From a virus (lineage: Duplodnaviria > Caudoviricetes): DNA of 64,000 nt. Of the stretch, positions 7,900 through 18,158 are shown one piece after another. The DNA lies in IMG/VR virus record IMGVR_UViG_3300030098_006079. One strand, given 5' to 3'. The position numbers were made by a program, and so were the translations under genes. Under the pieces are notes generated by a model that saw nothing but the letters and a program-made list of their open reading frames with translations, did not search any database and was not told the origin of the DNA. Numbering within the stretch: position 1 is the first letter of the stretch; each line of letters begins with the position of its first letter.

Positions 7900-10546
7900 C
7901 TTCTATTTTAAAGAAATCAAATAAGTCTACGTTTACTGCTTCTCCTGGTCGAAAAGACTTCCATTTTACAGAGTCATAAAATCTATCAATCACACTATAT
8001 ACAATTTTTTCAAACATTTTTTCATAATCAATTTTGAAGTCTTTGTTAAACTCCTCAGGAAGGTCGTATTTAAAACCAAGGCTAGCTATACCAAACTTAT
8101 TCGGTGTAATTGTATAAAAGTATCTTATTTTGTCACCTGAGCCAATATACTCATTATTGTTAGCTATACCATAATGATCAAGTAATTTGTTATAATAAAT
8201 AGAAGATTTAACGTGTATAGGGGTTCCCTTTTTAACCTTCCAACCCTCAGAATCTATACTATATTTTTCGTAGTCCTTAACACCCATAACGAATGCAATA
8301 TCTTTTATAGGTAATGATTTGAATATATCATATGTCTCTTCAAACAGCTCGTTCGTTGAAGATTGGTTTTCTGACATAATCATATGTTCAATAATTTTCT
8401 TCACATAAGGTTTAATTGCGTTAGGCATAGTAGTTCTAACAACTTCTACTCCTGTATATTTGAACTTTTTGCATACTACACCTTCATCATCGAGTTTGTG
8501 TAATACGTATCTTTTCTTTTGTAAAAAGATACCCTTATCACATATCGACTCTCTTTTAAAGACAAATCTCGGATCTTTTGTAAGAAGAGTATCCCGTGCC
8601 CACTTTTCAATATTAACGTTTAAGTCGTCTTCTATATCTTGCACTAAATCATATACCTCCTGATTAATCTTATTGTTATTATGGAGCTCAATACCCATAT
8701 GTTTTAATAAAGGAGTTATAGTGCAGTATGAACTATCAGTATCGTTATAGATGATCGGGTCTTGTTTATCTAAATCTCTATCAGTTAACCCGGTTTTATT
8801 TTTTATATAATTACGCAAAATTACATTACTTTGCTTAATAACATCCCGGCCTGTAAGAGTTATTGATCGCGCAATATCTCCATCTCCCATTTGAGATATT
8901 TTATTTCCAAAGTAACCGTAAATACGATTGATTAAAATTTTCAGAGTAAATTGCCATATCCAAAGTTGATCAATTTTATACTTTGTTAATTTCATTTCCT
9001 CTTTTATCTTCTCTTGCGCGATAGGGTCAGTCTCTTTTTCTAAAGCAAGGGTTAATTGATGTAAATTCTCTCTTTCTACATTCCATTCCTCTTTCTTACC
9101 TCTTCTTATATCGTAGAAATGATCGGTTATTCTTGGAAATATACCTTTCGTTTTTTGTGAGAATAATTTTTTTGCTCGTGTTATTGCAATTTCATTTACA
9201 TCGCACCACTTACGAAAATCCTTATAGGTCATTTCTATATGCTTGTCATTAACAGTCTTGACATAAACTTTATCTTTATCTGTACCTATAATACTACCAA
9301 CTTTAGTTTCTGGGCTCAAGTTAAGAGTAACCATCACACTCGGGTATAGAGAGTTTGCATCAAAAGAAATTATGTTTTTTTGGAAACCTCTTTGAGGCTC
9401 TCCAACATATGCACCTTCGTATTTTTCTGTACGGTCATCCCCTTTAATAAAAGTAGGTATAACTCTAGGAGGATCTTGCTTTCGTGCTTCAACTATTGCT
9501 CGACCGTTAACAGTACTAATAGTACCTAGAGCAGCGTTAAATGGTGTTAAACCAACATATGAAAGCATACGAGCTAACTTCATGTACATTAGTTTCTCAT
9601 CAAGACGGACTAATAGTCTTACATCATGAATATTGTAATCAACAAATTTGTCCCAATTTTCTAATGATAGAGTAGCAAGATTAGTTTCTCCAATATCTAC
9701 CTTTTTCTCTCCTAATTCTATATGAGCTATATTATCAAGTTTATAACTATCTCTCATACCCATACTAAATGTTTTGTATACATCGAGATAATCTAACATT
9801 GATACACCTTCAACTACATATTTCGTAGCCTGCTTACCAAAATTACCTCGGTATATTCTCTGATAAATAGGCTTCATTATTTCATCATGTACAGGAGAAA
9901 AAAGCCGTGTCGCATCTTCTCCTAAAATATTTCTCACACGATTAATAACATACGGAATATCAAACAACTCACTATTCCATCCTGATAATATATCAGGACG
10001 ATCATTACAGTAATGATCTAAGAACTTTTGTAGTAGTTCGGTTTCATTTCTGCAATGATAGTAAATAACATCATCTGTTTTTGGAGTGTATGGTTGTATG
10101 CCCCAAGTATAATATGTTTCCTTCTCTGTGTCATATATAGTGATTACATTAATCATATGACTAGCTTCTTCAGGTTTAGGAAACTCGTCTGGGGAGTAGG
10201 TCTCAATATCAAAGAACCATATTTTAAGAGGAAATTTGCTAAAGTCTGTATCCTCATTAACCTGCCAAAACCTATCTACAAGGAATTGTTGGTATGGGGA
10301 AATGTTCTCATATATCTTTTGTTCGTTGAGGTCTTCTATCTTTTTTCTACGATCTAACTCACTTGTACCAATTACTTTACGTAGTTTAGTACCATACAAA
10401 GAAACCGCGTCATATCGTTTAGAAACGGTTTCATAATAGAAATAAGGTTGATATGGAACATCAGTTTCGATCCGTACTCCATCGTCATCCCAAGTGTAGA
10501 GCCGCATCACGCGTTGATTAGGTATGTAAGCAAGATTCCTATACAC
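7889..10546 (-). CDS. gp43: Family B DNA polymerase
   Basis: Exonuclease FDIET, GWNSELFDIPY; polymerase SFDANSLYPS, KILINRIYG, YNDTDS, KKRY; GTG start. Confidence 0.95.
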   Translation of the reverse strand: MYRNLAYIPNQRVMRLYTWDDDGVRIETDVPYQPYFYYETVSKRYDAVSLYGTKLRKVIGTSELDRRKKIEDLNEQKIYENISPYQQFLVDRFWQVNEDTDFSKFPLKIWFFDIETYSPDEFPKPEEASHMINVITIYDTEKETYYTWGIQPYTPKTDDVIYYHCRNETELLQKFLDHYCNDRPDILSGWNSELFDIPYVINRVRNILGEDATRLFSPVHDEIMKPIYQRIYRGNFGKQATKYVVEGVSMLDYLDVYKTFSMGMRDSYKLDNIAHIELGEKKVDIGETNLATLSLENWDKFVDYNIHDVRLLVRLDEKLMYMKLARMLSYVGLTPFNAALGTISTVNGRAIVEARKQDPPRVIPTFIKGDDRTEKYEGAYVGEPQRGFQKNIISFDANSLYPSVMVTLNLSPETKVGSIIGTDKDKVYVKTVNDKHIEMTYKDFRKWCDVNEIAITRAKKLFSQKTKGIFPRITDHFYDIRRGKKEEWNVERENLHQLTLALEKETDPIAQEKIKEEMKLTKYKIDQLWIWQFTLKILINRIYGYFGNKISQMGDGDIARSITLTGRDVIKQSNVILRNYIKNKTGLTDRDLDKQDPIIYNDTDSSYCTITPLLKHMGIELHNNNKINQEVYDLVQDIEDDLNVNIEKWARDTLLTKDPRFVFKRESICDKGIFLQKKRYVLHKLDDEGVVCKKFKYTGVEVVRTTMPNAIKPYVKKIIEHMIMSENQSSTNELFEETYDIFKSLPIKDIAFVMGVKDYEKYSIDSEGWKVKKGTPIHVKSSIYYNKLLDHYGIANNNEYIGSGDKIRYFYTITPNKFGIASLGFKYDLPEEFNKDFKIDYEKMFEKIVYSVIDRFYDSVKWKSFRPGEAVNVDLFDFFKIEVAN

Positions 10547-10553
10547 AGAAGAA

Positions 10554-10582
10554 AGTATAGGGTATTTTCATGAATTAATCAA
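10554..10582 (-). promoter_or_regulatory. sigma70-like promoter of gp43, apparently leaderless
   Basis: TTGATT-N17-TATACT-N7-GTG. Confidence 0.55.
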
Positions 10583-11826
10583 CTAATACCATTTTGGAGA
10601 TTTAATAATTTGCGCTCTGGAGCGGCATATGAGTATGAATAAAGCTCTTTGTAATAATCAATATTATCTTCCATCCATCTTTTATTCATATACTCTCGAG
10701 CTCTTTTACATTCTTTGACATATTTTTTATGGTCTTGAGTTAGGTATTTTATTTTATCGATCAAGTCATCTCCAGTTTTAAATTTATGAAAAGCATTCTT
10801 ATAAGTTTCCTGATCCTGACAAATAGACGGGATACCATAAGCACATGCCTCAATAAATTTTAAATCACTTTTTGCGTTATTAAAATTGCTATCCTCAAGA
10901 GGAGCGTAAAATAATGTTGCGTTTAAAGTACTAACAAATCGAGGGTAATCTACTAAAGTAGACCATTCATGAAATTCAATCTTGCCAGCTTTAATTAAAT
11001 CTCTCAATGATAGTGGAAACCCACCAACAAACACCCATTGTATGTCGTCGACAGATTTACGGATTGCATCAATAACATGATAGAAATCATCTTTTTGTTT
11101 TATTCTGTTTTCTATATCAAAATGTGCACCACTACCACAATAAACCACTCGCGGCTTTCTTTTATTTTTTTGATAATTTTCTTTTATTTCATTTAAATTA
11201 TAGTATCGGTCCATCCAAAAACGTGGAATAAAATTAGGTATAACTGTTATGTGTTTATTACCAGTTTTCTCCGTGTAGTATTGTTTCATGAAATTATTTG
11301 TTACTGTGATCTCATCACACAGCTGCATAATTTCCATACTAGTTCTTCTTATCTCTGGGTCTTCAAACGCAAATCTAAATTTATTGTAATGAGGGATATC
11401 CTCTTTGAATATTAAATCGTCAATTTCATATATTATATTAAAACCAAATTCTTTTTTTACCTCAGATAACCATTGTATATATTTTAACTGTTGATCTGTA
11501 GCTTGTCTTTGTATCCTGACTGTTTTTAAACCTTTATAAAAGTTTTTATCTCCAATCATTACAGTACCGCCTTGTACATTTGCTTTACCATAACAATTCA
11601 ACAATAGTTCTGGCCAAATCATTCTCCAATGACCACACCCAGAATAGTCAGCGTAGAAATTTACACCGCGAGGTAGATCTGGAGTTTCATGACCCGTCTT
11701 TTTTAATGTATCTTTATAATTTAACCTGTTTATGTTATGTAAAGCATTTCCTGGGGTTGTAGGAGTAGGTATTACTGGTGAAGTAAACGGTAATCTTTGC
11801 GTTGTGTTATTAAACGGAGTAAGCAT
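10579..11826 (-). CDS. GT-B (GT4-like) glycosyltransferase
   Basis: ADYSGCGHWR, IYEIDD, ITVT, VIPN, FYAPLEDSNFNNAKSDLKFIEACAYGIP. Confidence 0.8.
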   Translation of the reverse strand: MLTPFNNTTQRLPFTSPVIPTPTTPGNALHNINRLNYKDTLKKTGHETPDLPRGVNFYADYSGCGHWRMIWPELLLNCYGKANVQGGTVMIGDKNFYKGLKTVRIQRQATDQQLKYIQWLSEVKKEFGFNIIYEIDDLIFKEDIPHYNKFRFAFEDPEIRRTSMEIMQLCDEITVTNNFMKQYYTEKTGNKHITVIPNFIPRFWMDRYYNLNEIKENYQKNKRKPRVVYCGSGAHFDIENRIKQKDDFYHVIDAIRKSVDDIQWVFVGGFPLSLRDLIKAGKIEFHEWSTLVDYPRFVSTLNATLFYAPLEDSNFNNAKSDLKFIEACAYGIPSICQDQETYKNAFHKFKTGDDLIDKIKYLTQDHKKYVKECKRAREYMNKRWMEDNIDYYKELYSYSYAAPERKLLNLQNGIS

Positions 11827-11848
11827 CTACATTAAAAATTTATTATAA

Positions 11849-13666
11849 CTATTGGGATAAATCAACTTTTTTAGTTATACCGTTCCGCTTTTCTAGCATA
11901 ATTACATCCCCTGTTGCCGCTTTAACAGATTCTTTACGATGAGAAATAATATAGATAGATTCTTTATAAGTATCGACTCTTTCTTTTATTATGTTTAATA
12001 CCAATTCAACCCCCTTTTCATCTAACGAACTATCTAACAATTCGTCAAACATAACTAAATTATATGCGACATCTCCCTGTAGTCTTCTCATATCCATAAA
12101 CGTAAATAATATCGCTAAGTCAATATTTTTTCGTTCAGCACCAGAAAAATTAAAGTAACTACATTTTTCCCCCTTTTCATTTACAATTTCTTCTTCGAAG
12201 AATTCATTAAACCTACAAACACAGTTTGCATCCATTTCATTTAAATAATAAACTAATCTATTATTAAGTACATCGAGAATTTTCTTTACAATGAATGATT
12301 TAACTCCTTCTTCTGATAAGATATATTTTACTATTTGTAATATCTCTAATTGCTTGTGAATCTCGTTTGTATCTTTTTCTAGCTCTTCTACCTCTTTTAG
12401 TTTAGTAACAATTTTGTTATCTAAATCTTGTAACTCAATACTTGATTCTTTACTCTTTAATTCTTGCTGATCTTTACAATTTGTCTCTAACTCTTTAGTT
12501 AAGTTATCAATATAACTTTTAGTTAATTTATTATTATTGTTAGTAGTCTTTATATTAGAGATATATTCTTTTATTTTTTCCTGTGCTGTTTTATTATCTT
12601 TCTTTATACTATTAATACTATTAATTTGAAGTTTTAAGCTTTCAATATCATCATTACAATTATTAATCTCTTGTTTAATATTGCTTTTTTCTCGCTCAAT
12701 ATGATCTCTGTCATTACTTGTTATATCATGCAAACAAACAGGGCATACATCTTCTTTAGTACCAATATTATTAAGTTTTTTAGTATGAAAATCTATCTCT
12801 GTTTCATGCCTCGTAATTTTTGTTTTAATATCAGATAATTGCGTAGATATATCAGAAAGCTTTTCTTCAATTTGATTATATTTTGTTCTACTCTTTTCAT
12901 ATAATTCTTTATTAATAGGTTTAATTTTGAGTTTATTACTCTCAATATCTTCTTTTAATATTTTAATTCTATTGTTAATCTTATCTTTTTGCTCAGCTAT
13001 ATTAGATAAGAAATTATCTTTTTGATCGGTTAAAAGCTTATATATGTTACTAGCATGATCATAATCTTTATTAGCACCTTCGTAATTTTTTTGAACCTCG
13101 TTATGCTCAGCGCGGGCTTTTAGTAACATCTCAGAAAAGATTTCTAAATTAAGAATACCCTCTATAAATTTTCTCTTTTCTACTTTTCTTTGTGCCATGA
13201 AAGGTAGAGTCGTATTCAATGACATAATGACACAATTTTGAAAAACTTCAGGAGAACAGTTAAGTAAACTTTTTATTTGTTTGTTTGTGTTAGGTATTGT
13301 GCTCTCTGTCATATCAACCCCTTCGATAAACAAATAACATTTTGTTGGTTTTAGCTTACGAACAATTTTGTAATTTTTTATTTCATTATTTTCGTTAATT
13401 GAAAAGTCTAACTGTATAACTGTGTCTTTTTTATTAATAGAATTAACAATAAAATCTTTTGACAACTCTCTAATTGTTTCTCCGAAAATAGCGAAATGTA
13501 TAGCATCCGCTATAGTAGACTTACCTACTCCATTTCTTCTGTCCTCCTTATCTTTGTTGATACCTGTTATAATATTAAGGCCTTGTTTGAAGTCTATAGA
13601 GACTTCTTCATTACCTACAGATAAAAAGTTTCTTATTGTTACAGAATTAAAATTTATATACTTCAT
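11849..13666 (-). CDS. gp46: Recombination endonuclease subunit (Rad50/SbcC-like)
   Basis: RNFLSVGN, NGVGKST Walker A, coiled coil with CPVC hook, FSGAE signature, FDELLD, ISH. Confidence 0.92.
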   Translation of the reverse strand: MKYINFNSVTIRNFLSVGNEEVSIDFKQGLNIITGINKDKEDRRNGVGKSTIADAIHFAIFGETIRELSKDFIVNSINKKDTVIQLDFSINENNEIKNYKIVRKLKPTKCYLFIEGVDMTESTIPNTNKQIKSLLNCSPEVFQNCVIMSLNTTLPFMAQRKVEKRKFIEGILNLEIFSEMLLKARAEHNEVQKNYEGANKDYDHASNIYKLLTDQKDNFLSNIAEQKDKINNRIKILKEDIESNKLKIKPINKELYEKSRTKYNQIEEKLSDISTQLSDIKTKITRHETEIDFHTKKLNNIGTKEDVCPVCLHDITSNDRDHIEREKSNIKQEINNCNDDIESLKLQINSINSIKKDNKTAQEKIKEYISNIKTTNNNNKLTKSYIDNLTKELETNCKDQQELKSKESSIELQDLDNKIVTKLKEVEELEKDTNEIHKQLEILQIVKYILSEEGVKSFIVKKILDVLNNRLVYYLNEMDANCVCRFNEFFEEEIVNEKGEKCSYFNFSGAERKNIDLAILFTFMDMRRLQGDVAYNLVMFDELLDSSLDEKGVELVLNIIKERVDTYKESIYIISHRKESVKAATGDVIMLEKRNGITKKVDLSQ

Positions 13667-14709
13667 ACAAACTGATTATACAAACTTATCGTTTTGTTTA
13701 TTACATCGTATTTGTTTTCAACATCCAACGATTCTATATATTCTACTATACATTGTTTAATATTCAAATCTCCGAACTCATTAGTTAGTTCTATATTATC
13801 CCCAATATTAAATTTATGTAGATAGTCAGTTACAAATGAAAAAGGGGCTTCATAATTTATAGCAGAAATAATTTTATTGAGGGATGTACTTTTTATTTCT
13901 TGATCGATAACAACTTTTATAGCTAGCTTCGACCACCCTTTATTTTTAGCAATTGTTTTTAATTTTTCTAAATCAGTAAAATTAACTTTTACATGTATAG
14001 GGGAAATATTATTTTCATAAAAATCATATGTAATATTAGTTGAATCAAAATTTAAAACATAATAACCTTTTTGGTCATTAATATCATTAAAATCCATTTC
14101 AAAAGGATTACCAACATAAACGATTTTTCCTTCGTTATAATATCTTTGCTGTCTTTTATGAAAGTGACCAGAAAATATTAACTTACTCTTTTTAAGTACA
14201 TCTGCTGACGTCATACCAACTTCACATACTTTAAAAGAATTAAAATTAAAGTTTTGTAATTCAAAGTGACCTACAATTAAGTCACAATTTTCCGGTATTT
14301 CTTCCAGCTGGGTACCCCACGGACAAAAACCAATCTTTTTTCCATGTAATTCATATACAGTAGGTTGGTCAAATATTTTTATATTAGGGCGATTACTGAG
14401 TATAGATAAAGAATGTATTGAGGAATTATCCTTATAAAACGCATCATGATTTCCCGGTATCATTAAGATTTCGAAATCATTAAATAAATCTAATAATGTG
14501 TTTGCGAAATATAAACTCTTTACATTTATCTCATCACGATAATGAAACAAATCACCACCGAAAATTATTTTAGTAATTTGTTTTTCTCTTAATTGACTGG
14601 TATACCACTCTGCCCATTTATAAGTCACATCATGCCATTTTTCGCTATTTTGATGTACCCCTATATGCAGATCAGAAAAGAAACCTACTTTGTAATTTTC
14701 ATCACCCAT
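13663..14709 (-). CDS. gp47: Recombination endonuclease subunit (Mre11/SbcD-like)
   Basis: SDLHIG, GGDLFH, PGNHD, VGHFE, SGHFH metallophosphoesterase motifs; adjacent to gp46. Confidence 0.92.
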   Translation of the reverse strand: MGDENYKVGFFSDLHIGVHQNSEKWHDVTYKWAEWYTSQLREKQITKIIFGGDLFHYRDEINVKSLYFANTLLDLFNDFEILMIPGNHDAFYKDNSSIHSLSILSNRPNIKIFDQPTVYELHGKKIGFCPWGTQLEEIPENCDLIVGHFELQNFNFNSFKVCEVGMTSADVLKKSKLIFSGHFHKRQQRYYNEGKIVYVGNPFEMDFNDINDQKGYYVLNFDSTNITYDFYENNISPIHVKVNFTDLEKLKTIAKNKGWSKLAIKVVIDQEIKSTSLNKIISAINYEAPFSFVTDYLHKFNIGDNIELTNEFGDLNIKQCIVEYIESLDVENKYDVINKTISLYNQFV

Positions 14710-15140
14710 TAATAATAAAGTTCTTTATCGTAGTCTTTTTTCGGTGGATTAATTTTCTCATCTTGCGCCATGTTACCATAAACTTGTTCTTGATAATCAT
14801 TAATCGTGTCTCTGTATTTCTTTTCCTTTTTTATTCTATTAATGAAAGCATGATAAGCAATTGTTGTAAAATATGAGAAAGGGTTTGATGTAGACTCAAG
14901 ATTAAACTTTTTATTCTTTACAGCTGCAATCATCTTTACAACTGCATCTCCAATCATTTCATCTTTGTAACTGTAATTAATAAAGTTCGGCGAGTAACTT
15001 AAACCAACAGCGATTTTGTATGTCGACTCTGCTAATTCATCTACAAAATCATCTGTTTCATAATAGTCTTTTAATAACTGTAAGAATTCTTTAGGACTTA
15101 CGTAATATGCCTTTTTAGTTTTTTTCTTTTTAGCTTTCAT
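14709..15140 (-). CDS. gp55: Late-transcription sigma factor
   Basis: KIA.GLSYSPNFINYSYKDEMIGDA and NPFSYFTTIAYHAFINRIKKEKK. Confidence 0.88.
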   Translation of the reverse strand: MKAKKKKTKKAYYVSPKEFLQLLKDYYETDDFVDELAESTYKIAVGLSYSPNFINYSYKDEMIGDAVVKMIAAVKNKKFNLESTSNPFSYFTTIAYHAFINRIKKEKKYRDTINDYQEQVYGNMAQDEKINPPKKDYDKELYY

Positions 15141-16563
15141 TATAACTTGTAAATTTGTATTTTATATTTTCGTTTTTATATAAACTCAATCTCTCCTCCA
15201 TATGCCGCTGACCGTATCTCAAATTGTCAGCAATATCAAAGATTATAAGCTCTTTTTTATCGGTATGCAACCGTAAGCCTCTACCGATACTTTGAACAAT
15301 TTTAATTTTCGCTTTTCCACCACCAGCAAAAATAATATAATGTAAATTTTTAATATTAATACCTGTAGAGAATATTTTAGAAATAGCTACGACAACTATA
15401 TTCTTTTTCTTCTCCATTAATTCTTGTATTCTTTTTCTTTCGTCTGTCTCAACGCTGCCTTGTATAAAATATACTTCTTTTGTTTCACATATACTTGTTA
15501 ATGCCGTAGTGAGTAGCTCTCCATGTTCAATATAGTCGACGAGTATAAGTGCATTATTACTGAGCTTGTCACATAATTTGGATATAAGATTATTTCTATA
15601 AAAACTACTTCTTATAAACTCATTCTCTTGTAAATAAAATGCATTACTATTATTACCGTGATAAATTTGATTGGTTGGGGTACTGTAATTTATTTCTAGC
15701 ACGTGTACTTTTGCAGGTGTTACATATTTTTCATCTCGCAACTCATGTGCCATTTTTTCATATAAACGTGGCCCAATTTTACCAAATATATTCCATGTAT
15801 CTAGATTATCAGGAGGTAATGTTCCAGTAAACCCAAATCTATTATTAGTTTTAACACTTGTTAATATTTTGTTTACTTTATTACCTCTTCGAAGTTTATG
15901 TACTTCATCAATTATTAATATATCTATATGCTCAATCCATGATATATCTTGCTTTGAACTTTGTAAGATACCTAGATTAGCAACAATAACATTATTTGAT
16001 AGATCCAGTTCGTCTTTACCCGTCCACTTCGCAGTAGTAAAAGATGTTTTATATTCTGTGAAGTCTCCTTTTGTTTGATTTACTAGACCTAAATCTGGAA
16101 CGATAATTAAGCATTTAAAATTCTTACTAAAATTTTGATAATAATATTCTAGTAACCCAGCCATAGTAAGAGTTTTACCGCCTGCAGTAGCTAATACAAC
16201 CGTGCCTCTACCTGCATCAATACATTTGTTAATAATTTCTTGCTGATAGTTTCTTAATGTAAGTGCTAAACTATAATTATTAATTTTATGTTTACGTAAA
16301 GATGGTAACAATACAGAGGATACCTTTTCTTTTAAATTGTATACAATTTTTTTCTCCGTACAAAATTTTATTACCTCGAAAATTAAACCTATATCTATTT
16401 TACCTTGATTAGTAATTACGTACGTACGCGCTGGGACAAACCTACCCATACGTCTTTGAAAATGAGCTGCTTCGTTTTTTACGCTGAAGTGCTCTCTTAT
16501 TATGTCTAATTCTGGACCGTCAATTATTGCTTGAGAGTTAGAATGATAATTAATATTAATCAT
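15130..16563 (-). CDS. uvsW: SF2 helicase UvsW
   Basis: LRNYQ, LATAGGKT, DEVH, GFTGT, FSTGINIKNLH, QSIGRGLR. Confidence 0.9.
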   Translation of the reverse strand: MININYHSNSQAIIDGPELDIIREHFSVKNEAAHFQRRMGRFVPARTYVITNQGKIDIGLIFEVIKFCTEKKIVYNLKEKVSSVLLPSLRKHKINNYSLALTLRNYQQEIINKCIDAGRGTVVLATAGGKTLTMAGLLEYYYQNFSKNFKCLIIVPDLGLVNQTKGDFTEYKTSFTTAKWTGKDELDLSNNVIVANLGILQSSKQDISWIEHIDILIIDEVHKLRRGNKVNKILTSVKTNNRFGFTGTLPPDNLDTWNIFGKIGPRLYEKMAHELRDEKYVTPAKVHVLEINYSTPTNQIYHGNNSNAFYLQENEFIRSSFYRNNLISKLCDKLSNNALILVDYIEHGELLTTALTSICETKEVYFIQGSVETDERKRIQELMEKKKNIVVVAISKIFSTGINIKNLHYIIFAGGGKAKIKIVQSIGRGLRLHTDKKELIIFDIADNLRYGQRHMEERLSLYKNENIKYKFTSYNES

Positions 16564-16964
16564 TGCATTTCTAGTTTCATTAACTCAACAAGATTCTTAA
16601 TATCGTTTGTCGCGAAACTTATATTTTTATAAATGTTTTCAACATGCTGAATTATTAGTAATTCATTATTAATTTTTTCATCTATAGTTCTGATCTCTTT
16701 TTTTCTTAATACAGCTTTTTCCGCAATAGACTTATTTACCATTACAGGTTGTGTAGCTTGATATTCTTCAATTTTTTCTTCTAAGAGAGAGAAGCGAAGA
16801 TTTTTGTACTTATTGAGTTTAATTTTATGATTTATAAGACGGGCAGACCATTTATGTTTATTATTAACTAATTTCTCTTGTACGTCTGTAACATTAAGCC
16901 TATCGATATTAGTATCAATACTAGATTCTAGAGTATACTGCTCAATGATCTCATCAATATTCAT
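16560..16964 (-). CDS. uvsY: Recombination mediator UvsY-like
   Basis: 134-aa helical protein next to uvsW with KHKW and IKNLVELMK patterns. Confidence 0.6.
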   Translation of the reverse strand: MNIDEIIEQYTLESSIDTNIDRLNVTDVQEKLVNNKHKWSARLINHKIKLNKYKNLRFSLLEEKIEEYQATQPVMVNKSIAEKAVLRKKEIRTIDEKINNELLIIQHVENIYKNISFATNDIKNLVELMKLEMQ

Positions 16965-17016
16965 ATATTTATTCTAGTGACTTTTTACAAAAATCAACTA
17001 ATTAATCTTAGAGAAA

Positions 17017-17022
17017 TAAATA
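17017..17022 (+). promoter_or_regulatory. Putative late promoter
   Basis: TAAATA-ATTATA-ATG; the same 15-mer occurs at 18655-18669. Confidence 0.6.
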
Positions 17023-17028
17023 ATTATA

Positions 17029-17643
17029 ATGCCGCTAAAATTATTCGATCAATTAGTTACACAGTATTTAACAGATAATACCGTTGGGTCTGTAGGTATG
17101 GCTCCTTCCGGAGGTCAAGGTGGTGGGGATTATAATAATAGTGATACATATGCGCCAGGAGATGCTCGTAGACCAAAAGTATTAGGGGCTACAATAAAAC
17201 GTAAGGGTAAAGTAAAGAAAAAGCGGAAAAAAAAACTAAACGAAAGTAAAACTATATATGATTATTTGTTATTTCCTCCTGAAGGGGAAGAACATGAAAA
17301 TATAGTAGCTAATATCGCTAAATTACAAAATAGTCCTGATGAAGTTTATAGAGGTATTTCTTCTGCAGAATATAAAAATTTAGAGAAATACAAATTCGTA
17401 GTTTCTCGTGGAGCTGGTAATACACGTAAAGGTATAACTGGTTCATATGTATCAGATGATATACAATTAGCAGGTCGTTTCGCGTTTCATGAATATAAAC
17501 AAAAAGGGAGAGCTTACTTACTAGTGTTAGATAGAGATAAATTACCAGAACTTAATCCAGCTGATGAAGGTAATTATTGGACTGAAAAAATCCCGTTAGA
17601 CGCAGTCAAACAAGCTATTAACTTGCAAGATCTGGCTAAGTAA
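17029..17643 (+). CDS. Protein with low-complexity/basic N-terminus and C-terminal ADP-ribosyltransferase-like domain
   Basis: VYRGIS, GSYVSDDIQLAGRFA, AYLLVL, DEGNYW...IP resemble the R-S-E ART core. Confidence 0.5.
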   Translation: MPLKLFDQLVTQYLTDNTVGSVGMAPSGGQGGGDYNNSDTYAPGDARRPKVLGATIKRKGKVKKKRKKKLNESKTIYDYLLFPPEGEEHENIVANIAKLQNSPDEVYRGISSAEYKNLEKYKFVVSRGAGNTRKGITGSYVSDDIQLAGRFAFHEYKQKGRAYLLVLDRDKLPELNPADEGNYWTEKIPLDAVKQAINLQDLAK

Positions 17644-17654
17644 TAAGTAAATAC

Positions 17655-18158
17655 ATGCCAAGTGCGGCAAAACAAAAAGGTAACGCCTGGGAGCGAGATG
17701 TAGCAAAAGATTTAAGTGAAACGTTTAATGAAAATTTTATTAGAGTTCCAAATTCCGGAGCCTATACTGGAGGCGCTAACGTTTTCAGAATTGATCAACT
17801 AACCGAACAACAAAAACGAATGATGGACGGAGATATTATGGTTCCTCCCTGTCTTTCTCGTTATAAAATTGAATGTAAAAATTATAAAGCATTTGATTTC
17901 CATCAATTATTCAATGAAAACAAAACTTTAGATAAATGGATAAAGCAAGCTGAGTTTGGATTACTCTGGTTTTTAGTTATTAAGGTTACTCGTAAAGGTT
18001 CTTTTATTTTGTTTCGTAAGGAAATTAGTAAACATTTCTCATATAAAAATTACTTGAGTTATAAAGACAAATATCTTATAACTGATTATAAAGAATTTTG
18101 GCAGAAAAACGCTGATGCAATTAGAAGACTTAACGAAGATTCCACAATTGAATTATAA
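17655..18158 (+). CDS. Hjc-like Holliday junction resolvase / PD-(D/E)xK nuclease
   Basis: KQKGNAWERDVAKDL, RVPNSGA, GDI, IECKNY. Confidence 0.8.
   Translation: MPSAAKQKGNAWERDVAKDLSETFNENFIRVPNSGAYTGGANVFRIDQLTEQQKRMMDGDIMVPPCLSRYKIECKNYKAFDFHQLFNENKTLDKWIKQAEFGLLWFLVIKVTRKGSFILFRKEISKHFSYKNYLSYKDKYLITDYKEFWQKNADAIRRLNEDSTIEL

Noticed and set aside
11842-11865. TTGATT...TATAAT upstream of the GT-B gene
   Set aside because: The spacer is only 12 nt, too short for a sigma70-type promoter.
3969-16078. Short plus-strand ORFs inside the minus-strand replication operon (3969, 6982, 8460, 10055, 10236, 11580, 13422, 15639, 15869)
   Set aside because: Lie opposite (almost all fully within) well-supported genes and lack recognisable motifs.
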